Positions 34,233-48,895 are shown, numbered from the whole stretch's first letter. The stretch: 63,798 bases of DNA, filler included, from Octopus bimaculoides (GCF_001194135.2; 4 parts of 4 records of this genome joined end to end with filler, not necessarily neighbours in it), one strand, 5' to 3'. Notes: generated from the letters alone by a model not told the origin. Numbers and translations: made by a program.

Positions 34233-34443
34233 TTCATATATGTATGTATATTAACACACATATGAATGAACATAATGCATATAAACAATTTCCTAAATTA
34301 CACATACAAATACAACCGCACGTATTTATACATATATACAGACGTACATACATACCTATATAGGAGTGTATTTATGCACGTATAAATATGTAAGTTGGCG
34401 AGTTGATGGTTGTTAGTATTTGATTCATATGTATGTTTATGTA

Positions 34444-34494
<51 letters not shown>

Positions 34495-34627
34495 TTGTGT
34501 ACAGATATACATGCAAATATGTGTAAGCATATATATGTATTCGCAAAAAATGTATATCTATCTTAATCTAAATATAAGCAAATATATTCACAAGCATACA
34601 CACTGATATATATATATATATATATAC

Positions 34628-35013
34628 TCTTTAACTTGTTTCAGTCATTTGGTTGCAGTCATACTGGAGCACCTCCTTTAGTCGAACAGATCGACCCCAG
34701 GACTTATTCTTTGTAAGCCTAGTAATTATTCTATTCTATCGGTTATTTTTGCAGAACCGCTAAGTTAAGAAGACATAAACACACCGACATCAGTTGGCAA
34801 GCGATAGCGGAGGACAAACACAGATACACAAATACATACATATATATATTCGACGGGCCTCATTTCAGTTTCCGTTTATCAAATACACTCGCAAACCTTT
34901 GGTAATCCCGAGGCTATAGTAGAAGACACTTACCCAAGGTGCCACGCAGTGGGACTGAACCCGGAACCATGTGGTTGGGACGCAAGCTTCTTACCCCACA
35001 GCCACTCCTGCAT
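34628..35013 (-). mobile_element. SINE family B
   Basis: Full match to the family. Confidence 0.88.
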
Positions 35014-35326
35014 CCAGGTGCATATATATATATATATATATATATANNNNNNNNNNNNNNNNNNNNNNNNNNNNNNNNNNNNNNNNNNNNNNNNNNNNNN
35101 NNNNNNNNNNNNNNNNNNNNNNNNNNNNNNNNNNNNNNNNNNNNNNNNNNNNNNNNNNNNNNNNNNNNNNNNNNNNNNNNNNNNNNNNNNNNNNNNNNNN
35201 NNNNNNNNNNNNNNNNNNNNNNNNNNNNNNNNNNNNNNNNNNNNNNNNNATATATATATATATATATACACATATATAATACATGCATGTATATTATCGC
35301 ATATATATATAATTTAATATACACCG

Positions 35327-35443
35327 TATTAAAATAAGAGCGACCAGTAGTTTCTAGCGATTGAGACACGTCGTCAAGCAGATTTTCTACAACAAGCCAT
35401 GTGTCTCAATAGCATGAAACTGTTAGTAGCTCTTATTCTAATA
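35327..35443. repeat. Imperfect 43-bp inverted repeat with 31-bp spacer (palindromic MITE-like)
   Basis: TATTAAAATAAGAGC...TTGAGACAC versus GTGTCTCAA...GCTCTTATTCTAATA. Confidence 0.75.
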
Positions 35444-36884
35444 GAGCGTACGTTAAATGATACTTATCTCCCACTGGATGAAGTCATCTTTTGTTGATCT
35501 TACCTGAGCGGAGCAGTAAATAATATATATATCTAAGTGTATGTATGTGTGTGTATAAGAATCATTGTGCATTACAGAACGATTGTGCATGTTCATGACT
35601 GAATATGTACATATGCTCCTTGTGTGTGCGCGTGTTAATCTATATATATATATATATATTCACCAGTTTATGATAAAAGAATTATGTAATTCCTAGAAAT
35701 TATTGACGATGATTATCGAATTTCAAGAAGAGGATATATATTATTGCCTAAATGCTAGTTAATAACCCCTTTCGACAGGGAAAAAAATGTGAAAATGTAA
35801 GGATGTTCCAATAACGTAATAAAAACGTGTCCTTCGCTAAGTATCAATTTACGATCGAGTGTAAGCATTTTACAGGAAATATATGATGCCAACACAAACG
35901 CTATTGGTATGCTACGGAATATAATATTTCCGTTAAATAACTGAATTATATTCTTCATTTTTGGCTATTTTGAGAATTGCTAGATCTGAAGCTCCTGAAT
36001 GATGTAGTTTCCTGGATAGATTTTCGAGGGAATAAACATCTGCCTTTCTGTTGAGCCTGTTCAAAGCGAAGTGTAATACTATTTTCCGCGTTCTTAATTT
36101 GTTAGTAGAGTGAGCAAATAATCTAGTGAAGTAATTATTCTAGAAAAGTAACTTTCTGATGTGATCGTGAACTGACTTAGTTGCTAAAAGCTTGATGCAA
36201 AGCCAGCGTGTACATCCACACGTATAGCATTTTTTAAATTTTACGTACACATAAATGTGTGTATATGTAGATACACTCAAATTTATGTGCCGGTATAACC
36301 TCTTTTCTTTTTACAAGAGTTTTAATATGAAGTCGTAATGTAACTTCATATGAACCAACACAAAGGTACGCTAATAAATGTGATTAAACAACTCCCGATC
36401 TTTTGTCTTTCATTTATTAAGTGATATTACAGTTTGGTTCATTAAAGAATCCAGAGCAAAAGGCGTCGTGAAACTCACACCATCCTCCGCTGGAGCTTAG
36501 AATTAACGTGCATTATATGTATATTGGGCCCTATTAAATAGTAAGCGGTCCTTCTATAGTTAAAGAGAATCATATATATATATATATATATATATAAGGT
36601 TGAGGAGGGTATTGGATTTAACCAAACCCAAGAGGATACAGGTAATACCGAGTAAGTGCTGTATACCGACTAGTTTGCCCCAGTCGTTGTATGAACAGGA
36701 TTGGGGGTTATAAGTCGTGTATTAGCGTGTGTATATGTAAATATATAAAAATAAAAAGATAAAGAGATTAATAGTAAGGTTGGAGAAGTATTTTATTTTT
36801 ATATATTTACACNNNNNNNNNNNNNNNNNNNNNNNNNNNNNNNNNTATATATATATATATATGATTATTATTATTAACTCAAAG

Positions 36885-37010
36885 TGAAAGCTGTTGTATT
36901 GCTTAGCGGTATTTTGTTCGTCCTTACGTTTTGAGTACAAAAGATCACCGAAGCCTACTTTGTTTTTCATCCTTTCGGGAACGATAAGCTGAGGACCAGT
37001 TGAGCCCAGA
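36885..37010 (+). mobile_element. Degenerate SINE A fragment
   Basis: TGCTTAGCGGTATTTTGTTCGTCCTTACGTTTTGAG..TTTCATCCTTTCGGG. Confidence 0.6.
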
Positions 37011-37094
37011 GACTGTTGTCATCGGAGCATCGAGTTCAATACCACCGAACCTAAAAAAACATCGACTGCCACCTCGATTATTAGGCACATTTGT

Positions 37095-37137
37095 TTCCTC
37101 CTCCTCCTCCTCCTCCTCCTTATCATTATTATTATTA

Positions 37138-37180
<43 letters not shown>

Positions 37181-37193
37181 GTTGTTGTTGTTG

Positions 37194-37243
<50 letters not shown>
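37095..37243. repeat. (CCT)(ATT)(GTT) microsatellite
   Basis: Direct reading. Confidence 0.92.
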
Positions 37244-37880
37244 GGCTCAAAATGAAATAATAATAGTTTAGAGATTAGAGTAAAGATACCTACCACCACT
37301 TTTCAATTTGTAACGATACGGGAATTTTTTTCCATTTTAAAGCTGGTTTTCGAAACGGTCCTTCCTAGTCCCCCTTTAAAATTGGCCTGAAGCCATCGTT
37401 TATAAACCACCAGGAATGACTATCTGCGTAGAAACTGTACGAATTTGAAATTGATATTTTAAAAATGTAGAAACTAAAATGAAATAAGTAAGTGAAGGGA
37501 TTATAAATTATTTTTAATCACTGCATGCATCGCAAGAACATTCTTGATAAATGTGGATTATGGCTATCGGCGAAGTATAACGCTTGATTTTGTAATACAT
37601 CTCTCACCATGAGTGGACTTTTGGCTTGATGAAAATCAAATTTCATAATAATGGTGGAAAACTTCATGTGGTTACGTAAAGGGAACAGCGAGTAGTCGTT
37701 TTTTGGCAAGATCTTTTAATATAATATTCTAAATCAATAACAATGTAGATCCATATTGCATAGTTTCTCTTAATTTGAGCTTCTCAAAGTACCTATACAT
37801 ACATACATACTATGTACGTATGAATGTATGTTTATATGTTTGTATGTATGTATGAATGTATGTATATGTATATATGTATG

Positions 37881-37911
<31 letters not shown>

Positions 37912-37933
37912 TACTCAAACATCATCTCGCACC

Positions 37934-37981
37934 GTCTCGGATGAAAGGATATATAAAATATCCCGGAAACAGCTGTAAGAC
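37934..37981 (+). ncRNA. Minimal type-I hammerhead ribozyme motif (CAGCTG stem-III family)
   Basis: GTCT-CGGATGA-aaGGATAT(ataaa)ATATCCcg-GAAA-CAGCTG-TA-AGAC; core U4 reads G. Confidence 0.72.
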
Positions 37982-39334
37982 TTTTTCTTTATAAATGTTC
38001 TGAAAAGTATTTACACCGTTTGATCTTTATCATTCTGTCAATTTATATATATATATATATCGATGTAAAAAGTTTGATAACTGCTAACACACGAAACACT
38101 AGTCTCTTGAGCCACTCAGTTGCTTCTCCTAAATATTGATAATATATATATATATATGTATATANNNNNNNNNNNNNNNNNNNNNNNNTAAACAAACATA
38201 TGCAGCCACATATATATTTGTATATATATATTAACACATACGTAATTTCAATGCGTTTTTGGGGGGATACTGCTCTAAATGAGTTATTTTAATTTCTAGT
38301 CTCCTTTTTGTCTATTTCTAAGATAAACTCATTTTTTTCTTTCTCCATTAAATTATTTAGAAGAATTTTAAGAAATCCAACTCGATAAATATTTTCAATA
38401 ATTGAATTTATAATTTATGATCTATTTATATTTAGCAAACAATTTTTTTTTGCCTGTGGCTATCAACATATATTTATGTGTATATAATATATATATGAAT
38501 TATATATGTGCACACACAAATATATACACACACACATATCTATTTTGCTTAGACATTGGGAGACTAATAACCTGGTGTAGAACTCAATATACGTATGCTT
38601 CAGAATGAAGAGTTAGTCGAGTAGAGAGCAGTAATATGAAAATGAGATGACAAAAGAATAAACGACTAGCTTATGAAACCCATCAGCTTACAGTTGTTTC
38701 TGCTATGAGATGTTGTGGACTCATAGCTGAATGCCTGAATAACATCCTACAACTTCATTGGCTCCACTGCATCCTATAGCAGAAACAGTTGCTAGCTATT
38801 CGTAAGATAATCCTTTATTCCTTTGCCATCTCATTTTCTTATATATGAGTCGAAAATCTGAGAAGTGTGTCATTTGGAGAGTTGGGTATTCTAACTTATC
38901 CTACATTTGTCTTGCGAATTATTTAAATTCACACACTTCTGTAACATCCATGTTCTTTATAGAATAAAGGATTAAATATTTTCACAGCTTTGTTATAGAA
39001 TAAAGCGGTTCTTTTTTATTAATTATAATCTGCTAGATAAGAAAGTAGGTGGTATTATTTTCAAAATGTGTGAATTTCAGTAAAAGATCCAAGTGTCAGA
39101 TAGCGTTTTTACACCTGGTGAGAGAGTAACTCTACCATCCAATAACAAATACTCATCAAACGAAATTCCGTACAATTACCAACAATCCGGTTTATTCGTA
39201 TGGTTAGATCAAAAACGAAGCAATGTTTGATGACGCATATCAATGTCGCCAAAGACTGCAGTTATGGAACCAAGTGATTAAGAAGCGAATTTCTTAATAC
39301 AACACTTCTAGTTAATATGGAAAATGTCATCACA

Positions 39335-39545
39335 GGTTTCAAGCTTTGGCACAATGCCAGCAATTTTAGGGGCAGGGGTTTGTCATTTATATCAACCCCA
39401 GTGCTCAATCGGCAGTTATTTCATCAACCCCGAATGGATGAAAGGCAAAGTCGACCTCGGTGGTATTTGGAATCAAACCATAAAGAGCTGGAAGAATGTC
39501 TCCAACCATTTTGTCCGATACACTAATGATTCTACCAGCTTGCCA
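39335..39545 (-). mobile_element. SINE family A
   Basis: GGATGAAAGGCAAAGTCGACCTCGG..CTAATGATTCTACCAGCTTGCC. Confidence 0.75.
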
Positions 39546-40814
39546 TTTTTAGGAGCTGTTACTAATAATATTTCCAAGGCAGATGCATTTTCGGAATCAG
39601 TAGAGCATCGCCCAAAATTTATTTATTTGCGTCCCATTATATTCTTAGTTCCAATATCGCTGGTGTCCTTTATGATTTTCATTGTTCAGGGGCTGATCGA
39701 CTGAAGAAACCTATCAAGTAGTTGAGACAATACATTCGAGCATTACCTTTATTATAGCCTTAATAAAAATACGTATGGGTTTTGCCTTTTGCTCTTGAAC
39801 CCTGAACCACTTACCGAGTCGAAGAGATGGTACATTGGTTCATTGGTATAGGGAGTGTCTAGAACATATTCACTTAGGAGGAGTTCATTCCTGTTCATGT
39901 CTATGCTCAGTCGATTTTTTCCAGAGAGAAAGAAAAAGTGGGAAAGTATAGAAAAATTAACCCCATCAATTACTGGACTTGTACATTATATGTCGAATCC
40001 GAAAAGATAAACAGCAATATTGAATACAGCACGATTTGAACTCACACGTGAAAAACTGGAGTGAGTATGTGGTTAGCAGATCCGTTAATGCTTCTGTCAA
40101 TGCCAATGCTTGATTGTGTCTTGAAATGGTTTGTAAAATTTCGTTTCTTATGCATTTCTGACAATTTCTTTTGTTAGAGAATGTGATGTAAGCGTGTTCA
40201 TGAAACAGACGAATGGTGTTTATTTCTTCAGGTATTTTTGATTTTGTATGTAACTGGATATTTTGCCTACCTACATTTTCTGTCTCGCGAGTCAAAATAG
40301 AAGCGTTAGCAGTATCCTCGATCTGCAGAAAATACTGGACCAATTTCTCTTAAATCACACTCGCACACCATGTTCAAAATGGACTGACATATATACGACT
40401 TAGTGCATAATAAAATACATTTTTTCATCAGTTGTTTTGTGTGGGTATTTTAGAATTAGATGTATTAATGTGCAAAATAACTCCGATGGGATATGAACGC
40501 AAATACATTGTTTGCCTATTCAGTAACTTAACAAGATGCGAATAAATAACGAAAACAATATGTAGATAAAGAAAATCAATCAAAGATTCGCGTGGAAGCT
40601 CAGAACAGAAATGGATTTCTCGGAGTACATTACTCAATTTCGAAGAGTGACCAAACGTAAGATCTTAAAGATATATATCTAACGGTTTATCCACCTAAAT
40701 TCACAGCTCTAATAAGAAAGGTCCAATGTCGATGTTGTACAGCAATTTTAGGAAAAATGTTCTAAAAGCCGTTGCGTATATGTTCCTATATGAACACTGC
40801 GAAGAGCAGTTTGA

Positions 40815-40889
40815 ATAGATACACACATACATGTATGTATGTATGTATGTATGTATATATGTATGCATGCATGCATGCATGCATGTATG

Positions 40890-40965
<76 letters not shown>

Positions 40966-41210
40966 TACATACATACACTCAAGCAGTCACACACACATGC
41001 AATATATATATATATATACATACATCAAATGTATCATATATCACAGATACAATATATATATATATATATATAAATATATATGTATGGATGTGTATGTATC
41101 TTTATATGTATGTGTATATATATATGTGTGTGTGTGTATGTATGTATGAATTTATGCGCAAATACTCACACACACACACACTCACACACGCGCGCACACA
41201 CACTCACACG
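40815..41210. repeat. (TATG)n/(TA)n/(CA)n low-complexity block
   Basis: Direct reading. Confidence 0.92.
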
Positions 41211-43039
41211 TACTTGTATGTATCAAATCGATACTTAGATGTGAAAACAATGTTAAGCTTTCAGAAATTACCACTATTTACAAGGAAACTTTGCTTCCTT
41301 ATCTGGTGGTTTTCGGGTTAGAAACGGTAATTGAAGAATTTGATAGAACTCCCTCTACAAGCCTTCATATTCAATTCCTTCTGAACTAGATAAGCAATTA
41401 TCTAAATTATTGACTCTATAACCGTAAACTTAGAAATTATGGACTGAAACAAACCAATCGTATAAGTGGTTATATCTCCATTCTAAGACGATAAAAATAA
41501 TCGATATCTCTCTCTGTATCTCCCCACATACACACTCGTACATGCACGCATAATATATGTGTATATATGTATACATATGCATATACATATGCATATACAT
41601 ATAGGTATTTATGTATATATGTGTGTGTATGTATGTGTGTGTATTTGCGTGAGTGTGCATGTATATATATATATATATATATATGTACACACACACATAC
41701 ACATATACATATGTTTACAAATATACATGGCCGTGAGCATCCACACATCCACACTCGCATTAATATATAAATTTATTTTATATATATATAATATATAATA
41801 TATATACATATATTAACATATACTCAACATATGTGCTTTTCTCGTTTACCGGTTCCAGGGGAGGATTCCCTTACAGTAATGGGTGTTAAAACACCTGAAA
41901 GTCATAGAAAGGTAAGACAACACGCCCCCCCCCCAATCCAATCCAGGAGTGATGGATACCGACGTTTCGCCATTTTGTTGTGGCTAACTAACAGCACATA
42001 CCTGCTTAGACTCAGGGACGAAGTGAATCGCCAGTCTGTCTCCAAGCCCATACATATATTTACATATATTTACATATATTTATGTACGTATGTGTATTAC
42101 ATTGGATAATGTATTCAAAACATGTTTCCGTAAGAAAATAAATATTTAATGGTGAAAAATAAAAATCTGACGGCTCGCTTACGAATGGAGAAAGGCTGAC
42201 CACAGGCCTGCCCGACGAGGCTTCGTTTGAAACCAAATGTCCACAGCAACAATAACAACAACAACAACAACAGCAATGAGGATAACGATAACTATTAGGA
42301 GAGATATCGTTCATATCCCTTAATACGCTGGATTGCCATGGCTGATAGGACGTTCACGATAGTTTTGGACAATCATCTCAACAAGAACAAAAACAACAAC
42401 GACAATAACAGCAATAACAACATCAACATTAAGATGTATGTAGAAAGGCATTTCCATAGACACCACTATTAAATTAGTAAGAGTGGATGTGTTTTTGTTT
42501 GCGTTTTCTAAATCGAGTTTTCCTGCGAAGTTTTACACATTTTAACTGTTAGAAAAAGGAAAAAAGAAACAACACAATTTTTTTTTTTTAAAAATCTCTG
42601 AGAAGTTTTCTTCGCGTAAATATTGACCTTAGATAAATTAAACATGTTTATCGAAGTTTTCGTTTTAATTTCAAGAAAACCAAAAATAATTGAACTTTAT
42701 TTTACATATAGCCCCAAGTTATAAAACACAGAGAAATCCTTATAAAAATTCAGCTGAAATCCAACATTGGTTTGTTGTTGAACCTTTTAGCTCATGAATT
42801 TCTTTAAAGCCTCCGCAAAAATATTTCCCTATAACGATTGTTAGTTTTACATCTTTATTTGAACGATCTATTTTCACTGCTTATACAAATTATTTGTTTC
42901 TATTTCTTTCATATTACCAGCTTCAAGAGATTTTCTGCAAAGAACAAAATAACACTCTCAGGTATTTCATGTTCTTTTTTCCTTATCCAACAATAACTGC
43001 ATAAACTAGATTGAACGATTACTTCAAGAGGAGTGTTGT

Positions 43040-43135
43040 TTCTTCTTCTTCTTCTTCTTCTTCTTCTTCTTCTTCTTCTTCTTCTTCTTCTTCTTCTTCT
43101 TCTTCTTCTTCTTCTTCTTCTTCTTCTTCTTCTTC

Positions 43136-43167
<32 letters not shown>

Positions 43168-43222
43168 TATCACGATCATCATCATCATCATCATAATCAT
43201 CATCATCATCATCATCATCATC
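43040..43222. repeat. (CTT)n-(CAT)n compound microsatellite
   Basis: Direct reading. Confidence 0.95.
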
Positions 43223-43849
43223 GTTTCTTCCTTATAACTTCTCTTCTTCCTCCACCTCCTCCTCTTTTTCTTCTTTTAATCATGCACACACACACGCACA
43301 TGCGCATGCGCATGTATATGCATGTGTGCGTGTGCATATACATCTCAGTACTTACATATATACTTTCTTATTACATTTTATCGACAAAAAGAATTACGAA
43401 AATGATTCAAGAGTCGAGAGTTTCGTGTATGGCATTCGTGCCTTGCGCAAAAACATCTCATCTCTTTTGTAACGTTTAAAGATAATCAAACTCATTATAT
43501 AATCATATATTTGTTCATCGAAGGCGTACCTAAATATATACATACATATTTGCATACACACATACACACACGCACCCCCCCACGCGCATATATATATATA
43601 GAGAGAGTTGAAAAGGAACACACGGGTTGATATATATGGAAATTTTATAAAAGAACATTTTGGTACCGGTTTCAGTCATTGAGACTTTTTCAACTGTAAG
43701 TATGGAAAACAATTAAATTTTAGAAAAATTAAAAGCAAAGTTTTTGAAAGAATATTTGCATAGTATTCAAATACAAGGGGCATTTTCCTTGTTTCTGCCT
43801 GTCTCGGTCTCTCTTGATCACTCTTGTGACAAAGACGGTACAGTGGGAT

Positions 43850-44330
43850 AACAAGCGTCCTTACAGTAAAAAATTAGATGCAACAAAAATCAGGCGCAGA
43901 TATGCTCAAATCCTCATTAATTGTCGGCCAAGTATCATCACAATTTCGGCAGCTTATGAGAGTATTATTCAATTTGGTGGCGTCAGCAACATAAGCCGTT
44001 GGAATATTATAAATGGCTAAATATGACAGATGAACAAGAACAGTTGTAGAGGTTTATTGATGTTCAAACATGTCTGTATTTGTCACTGCATTGTTGAAGT
44101 CAATATGCACCCTTCATGCTGCGTTCTATATTTAATTCATTTTAATCAATTAATAAATATAGGGTCACCCTTCCCTTATTTTTTCCCATCAAAATTATTC
44201 GCTTACATAATGATTGTTACCCTCATTAACAGTGTGTTCTTAATTCATTTAAATAGTTTGATTGCTAAATTACACAGTATTTACGCTAGCACACACTTTA
44301 CTATTAAGTCTTCATGCAACAGATATCCTT
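43850..44330 (-). mobile_element. Possible decayed CR1-like RT relic
   Basis: HIDFNNAV and YVADATKL resemble YxDFxKAFD and FADDTKL, but spacing implies a deletion. Confidence 0.3.
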
Positions 44331-44662
44331 ACCTACTATTCCTCCAAACACACACGCATACGTTTATAAATACATATACATACATGCGTGTGTGTGTGTA
44401 CTCACGTAAGCACACACTCATACATATATACACATATGCATATGTATATATGTATACGTATATATATATATATNNNNNNNNNNNNNNNNNNNNNNNNNNN
44501 NNNNNNNNNNNNNNNNNNNNNNNNNNNNNNNNNNNNNNNNNNNNNNNNNNNNNNNNNNNNNNNNNNNNNNNNNNNNNNNNNNNNNNNNNNNNNNNNNNNN
44601 NNNNNNNNNNNNNNNNNNNTTTGTGAAACAGAGAGCGGGAAGAGATATACATTCATAGTTAT

Positions 44663-44753
<91 letters not shown>

Positions 44754-45574
44754 AACATACAAATTAAAATGTATATTTGTTATTGTGATGTTGGTGTTGT
44801 TGTTGTTGGTGGTATATTTCAGCTGAAGAAACATTGAAAATTTATTTAGAAAACAATGAGAGAAAGAAAACGATATAAAAAAAGAAAACGAACGAATGAT
44901 CTGAACAAAGGAAGGGTTGGAAGGATTAGTGATTGGGAGATAAAAAAAGAAGATAAACTGAACGCAGACCGTAGGAAAGAAGAGAAGGAAAAACAGAAGT
45001 CAGAGAGAATAAAGAAAAATGATGATGTGTATATCATGAATGCAGGAATAAAAATATATAGGAATGTAACATAGGCAGAAATATATTACTAAATATAATA
45101 AAACGAAAACGAGAGCAAGTAACAATTGAAACCACATAGCAGAAAACGAAAATCTTAAAATAAGATTTGTGTAATATTATGTATGAATCTAGACTGAATG
45201 AAAATAACGTTGAAAGAATGATGGAATATGGACAAGGAATGTATGTTTAAACAAACACACAAAAAACAAAAAGAAAAGAAAAAAGCGAAGAAAATACAGA
45301 AGGGAAATTTAAGAATGAATATGAATAAAAAAGGAAAAAAATAATGTTAAAAATAAGTATGGAAGGAACAACGAAGACGATTATGAAAAGACATGAGTTT
45401 TCTATTTTCTCCAATGGAGTACCATAGTTTCCGTAGTTACAGTTATTTACAAGAGTCTTGTACATTATTCAAAAGCATTTCATCTTACCCTCGATAATCG
45501 AGTGATTGGATTATGTTTTATCTTTTTCAATCATTAGACAGGAGCAGCGCGTTGAAGAAATTTTTTATCGATTG

Positions 45575-45721
45575 AATCGACCCCAGTACTTTTTTTTTTT
45601 TGTTAAGATTGGTTCTTATTCTATCAAGTTCTTTCGCCGAACCGCTAAGTTACGGGGAAAAAACACACCAACACCGGTTATCCAGTGATGGTGAGGCATA
45701 AACACAAAACACAGTGACACA

Positions 45722-45753
<32 letters not shown>

Positions 45754-45812
45754 TACATCTATGGTTGGGAGGAAAATATGGTTGGGAAGCAAACCATACA
45801 AAACGTCAGCGC
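45575..45812 (-). mobile_element. SINE family B, partial
   Basis: GCCGAACCGCTAAGTTACGGGG..CACACCAACACCGGTT. Confidence 0.75.
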
Positions 45813-46084
45813 CTATATATGTGTGCGTGTGTGTGTGTGTGTGGGGGGNNNNNNNNNNNNNNNNNNNNNNNGGGGGGGGGGGGTAAGGGTTAGTGTATGC
45901 GTGGTTGCTAATTTAAGGTAAAATCTTTCAAATATGTTTAATAATGAGAACAGCACATTTTCTATTTACTTAGATTTAAGTTTATTACTAAATTCGTTTC
46001 CAGTAGGATTTAAAATTTTGCCTGACGGATTATTCAACCAATTTTCATTGCTTGGTTGATTCATTAACAACATAGTGATGAGGT

Positions 46085-46280
46085 CATACATTTGGATGAA
46101 GCAATTAGTCAATGAGATTGACCTCGGTGGTTGAGTGTCATTATATCTTATTGCTGCCTTTTTCGATGAAAGTTAAAACTGACTTTGTCCGGATTTGAAC
46201 TCAGGACACTATGAGTTGTGAAGAAATGTTGCCAGGTGATTTGTGCGACACTCTAACAACTCTGCCAACCTACCAGCCTT
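46085..46280 (-). mobile_element. Old SINE A copy
   Basis: GATGAAAGTTAAAACTGACTTTGTCCGGATTTGAACTCAG..CTCTAACAACTCTGCCAACC. Confidence 0.6.
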
Positions 46281-46321
46281 GGATTACAATGTGATCTGTA
46301 TGTTTTGCATTTCTATTTGTA

Positions 46322-46400
<79 letters not shown>

Positions 46401-46559
46401 AAGGGGAGAACGAGAAAGAGAGAGGGAGAAAAGAGAGAAAGAGAGAGGTATTTATATATATATATTTATGCATAAATACATGCATGTATGTATAGACATG
46501 TATAACCAGACGTAATTTCCTTTTGAAAAGTTTCCTTTCATTTATGCACAATGTCTAGA

Positions 46560-46960
46560 CTGTAAAGATGTTCTGTTTTCTTTTCTGCTGTATGGACGAC
46601 GATTATTGAGGCAGAACTATGTCGTCTTGTCTTCAGACAAGCAGGCTGTATTTTTCCTCAAAGACATGTCAACTGTGGAAAACTGTTGATTCTTGAGAGT
46701 GTGGTCTCAATCCAAAAACTGAAGCAGGAAAATTAAAACATCAGTCGGGCATTTGCTGAGTGACAAGAGAGACTTGCTTCAAATGAAGACCAATTAAAAG
46801 ATTTCAGCAGCTGAATTCCTGGAATTTGTCAGATCGTTAGTCAGTCTCAGTGATACATGATAGTTGCTGTGCAAGAAAAGCGATCGATTCTGTTCTGTCT
46901 TCGAGATATCCATTGTAGGACTTTGACATTACTCGTTATTTCTTTGTAATAAGTTTTTCG
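46560..46960 (-). mobile_element. Possible decayed RTE endonuclease N-terminus
   Basis: NVKVL..D, AFLAQQLS..ITET resemble WNVRTL / ALIAxELSRY..LSETR. Confidence 0.3.
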
Positions 46961-47849
46961 TTTTAGATAGCTGGAGAATTAATTTCTACTCTGGTATATA
47001 TTTGTAAAAACTAACGTCCGGTTGCTGTATTATACCTTTCATAATATTTTATTTAGGCTCTGCGAGGTTTTATTTGTCATATTACAGAACAATTGTTTGA
47101 CGTTGCGGGTTGCAGAATTTATTTTACAAAGCTATCTAGACTAATAGCTGCATCTTCTTGCTTACCATTGTAGTTCCTACAAATTGTATTAAACGCTTTT
47201 AGTTTGGATTGTATATATTCGAATATGTTATGCAAGATGTCCTTCATCTTTACTACATTAATCCCAAAAGTATACACATACTCGCACAGACAACATACAC
47301 ATCACATAGGGACAATAGGAGGAAGAAAACTAAAATATCAGAAGCAAACACTTCAGACACAAGAGTATATGAATTACTATCGTCTTGTACAAAAGATGTA
47401 TTTATACGCATGCACTTAGATACATCTAGACACACACACACCTCTCTTTCTCTCTCGCGCGCTCTCTGTGTATACATGTACATACAAACGCTGCGCGCTA
47501 GTATGTGTGGACTGTATGTACTTGGTTGAATAAGCCGAGAGGAGAGCCTTGAGGTTGCGGTTAACTCGATTTTTACAATAAATCTGACTCTACTCTCGCT
47601 ATTGTGTTACATCATCAGTAAACCTACAAGAGTAAACAAGAGATACAGAGACAGGCGGAAATAAGGAAAATGCCCCTGAGAGGTGGAGAGGATGCTACAA
47701 GTTCGATGCCAAACGTCGTAACATTGTTCCGCTTCTCTATGTTTCATGGCCGAAAATGTTTGTTCACACGTGTACGTTGTTACGAGAAGAACGATGACGC
47801 AACTCTGAACAGATTTTCTTATTTCTGAAGCATGTTCATGGAATAATTA

Positions 47850-48720
47850 ACTCCTAAATTAATCATATCAACAGCATTTTGAAACTGAAGGGTAATCATC
47901 AAATTTCGGTTCCAATAATGAATTTGATTTCAAGTCAATACATTCCAATGATACGTTAGAAAGCAATTTCACGATGTTTTGTTCAGACAGTGAGAGTAGT
48001 ATATAGATGATAATGGGTAATCTTTTTGAAATTCCTTTTGGAATAACCTGCAATTTTTTCTTTCCATCTTATTTTGTAAAATTGCCATTAACTTTAACGT
48101 ATTCAATTTGCTCCTTTAAGTGCAAAAACTGATTTTAATCCTCATTTTCTAGCTGAGTGATAAATGGGTTTAATTTCATCTTGAATGCATTTATAGAATT
48201 TACTAAGCTAAGAAGCAATTTGTTCTTAATCTGCAGTTTCGAAATTAGATCGTTGATATGGCTGGTTACATCAGCTAAAGATTTTAAATCAAATAGCCAG
48301 TTATTATCACATAAAAGGACTCTTTTCTCCGACAGCTCGTTTCTCTCTTCTGGAAAATTACGAATGGTATCGTCACTTTCGAAAATCTGTTCAAAACATT
48401 TCCTCTAGAAACCCAGAAAACATTCACAGGAAACGACAAGATAGCCGTTTTACAAATCTGACTTTCTGTAATACTTTAATTGTTCCTTGTTCTTTGAATC
48501 CTTTCCTTCTAAATTAAATTCATGCGTTACACAACCGTTAACGTAACACTTTACGTTCGGGAGGGTTTCTGTCACCATAACTATTGATGCAGTTGCATTT
48601 TAGCAGAGAACAATCTCAATATTTGTCAACCAAATCTGTAGTCCCAGCAGCGTTACGGTTCATCGATAGAAATCTTTTAATACAGAATATTGATTACTGA
48701 ACTGAAATTTACCATTAGAT
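47850..48720 (-). pseudogene. Decayed hAT transposase (Buster/SPIN, GTF2IRD2-like C-terminal half)
   Basis: WVSRGNVLNRF; LLCDNNWLFDLKSLADVTSHINDLISKLQIKNKLLLSLVNSINAFKMKL; frameshifts and stops. Confidence 0.85.
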
Positions 48721-48895
48721 TTTCCAGCCACGATTTTATTTTGTCAAACACGACTGATCTTCTAGTTTTCCGTAAGGTAATCCAAAACCAACAACTTAAA
48801 GGGAACTAAATTTTTTATTCATTTTTCTTATAAACATATTCAATCGAGCTATATCACATAAGTTGGTAGAATCGTTAAAAACTAAAGGAAATATT

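Noticed and set aside
35860-36200. Possible Penelope RT relic
   Set aside because: Motif similarity too weak to support
39697-39740. TCGA-CTGAAGA...GAGA...TCGA hammerhead-like motif
   Set aside because: GAAA mutated and no NUH triplet or stem III
39966-40343. 125-aa minus-strand ORF
   Set aside because: No start context, splice pair or family recognised; its 5' end overlaps a dispersed repeat
41955-41995. Hammerhead-like GCCA/TGGC-GAAACGTCGGTA on the minus strand
   Set aside because: Core reads CTGTTAGTTA and stem I does not pair
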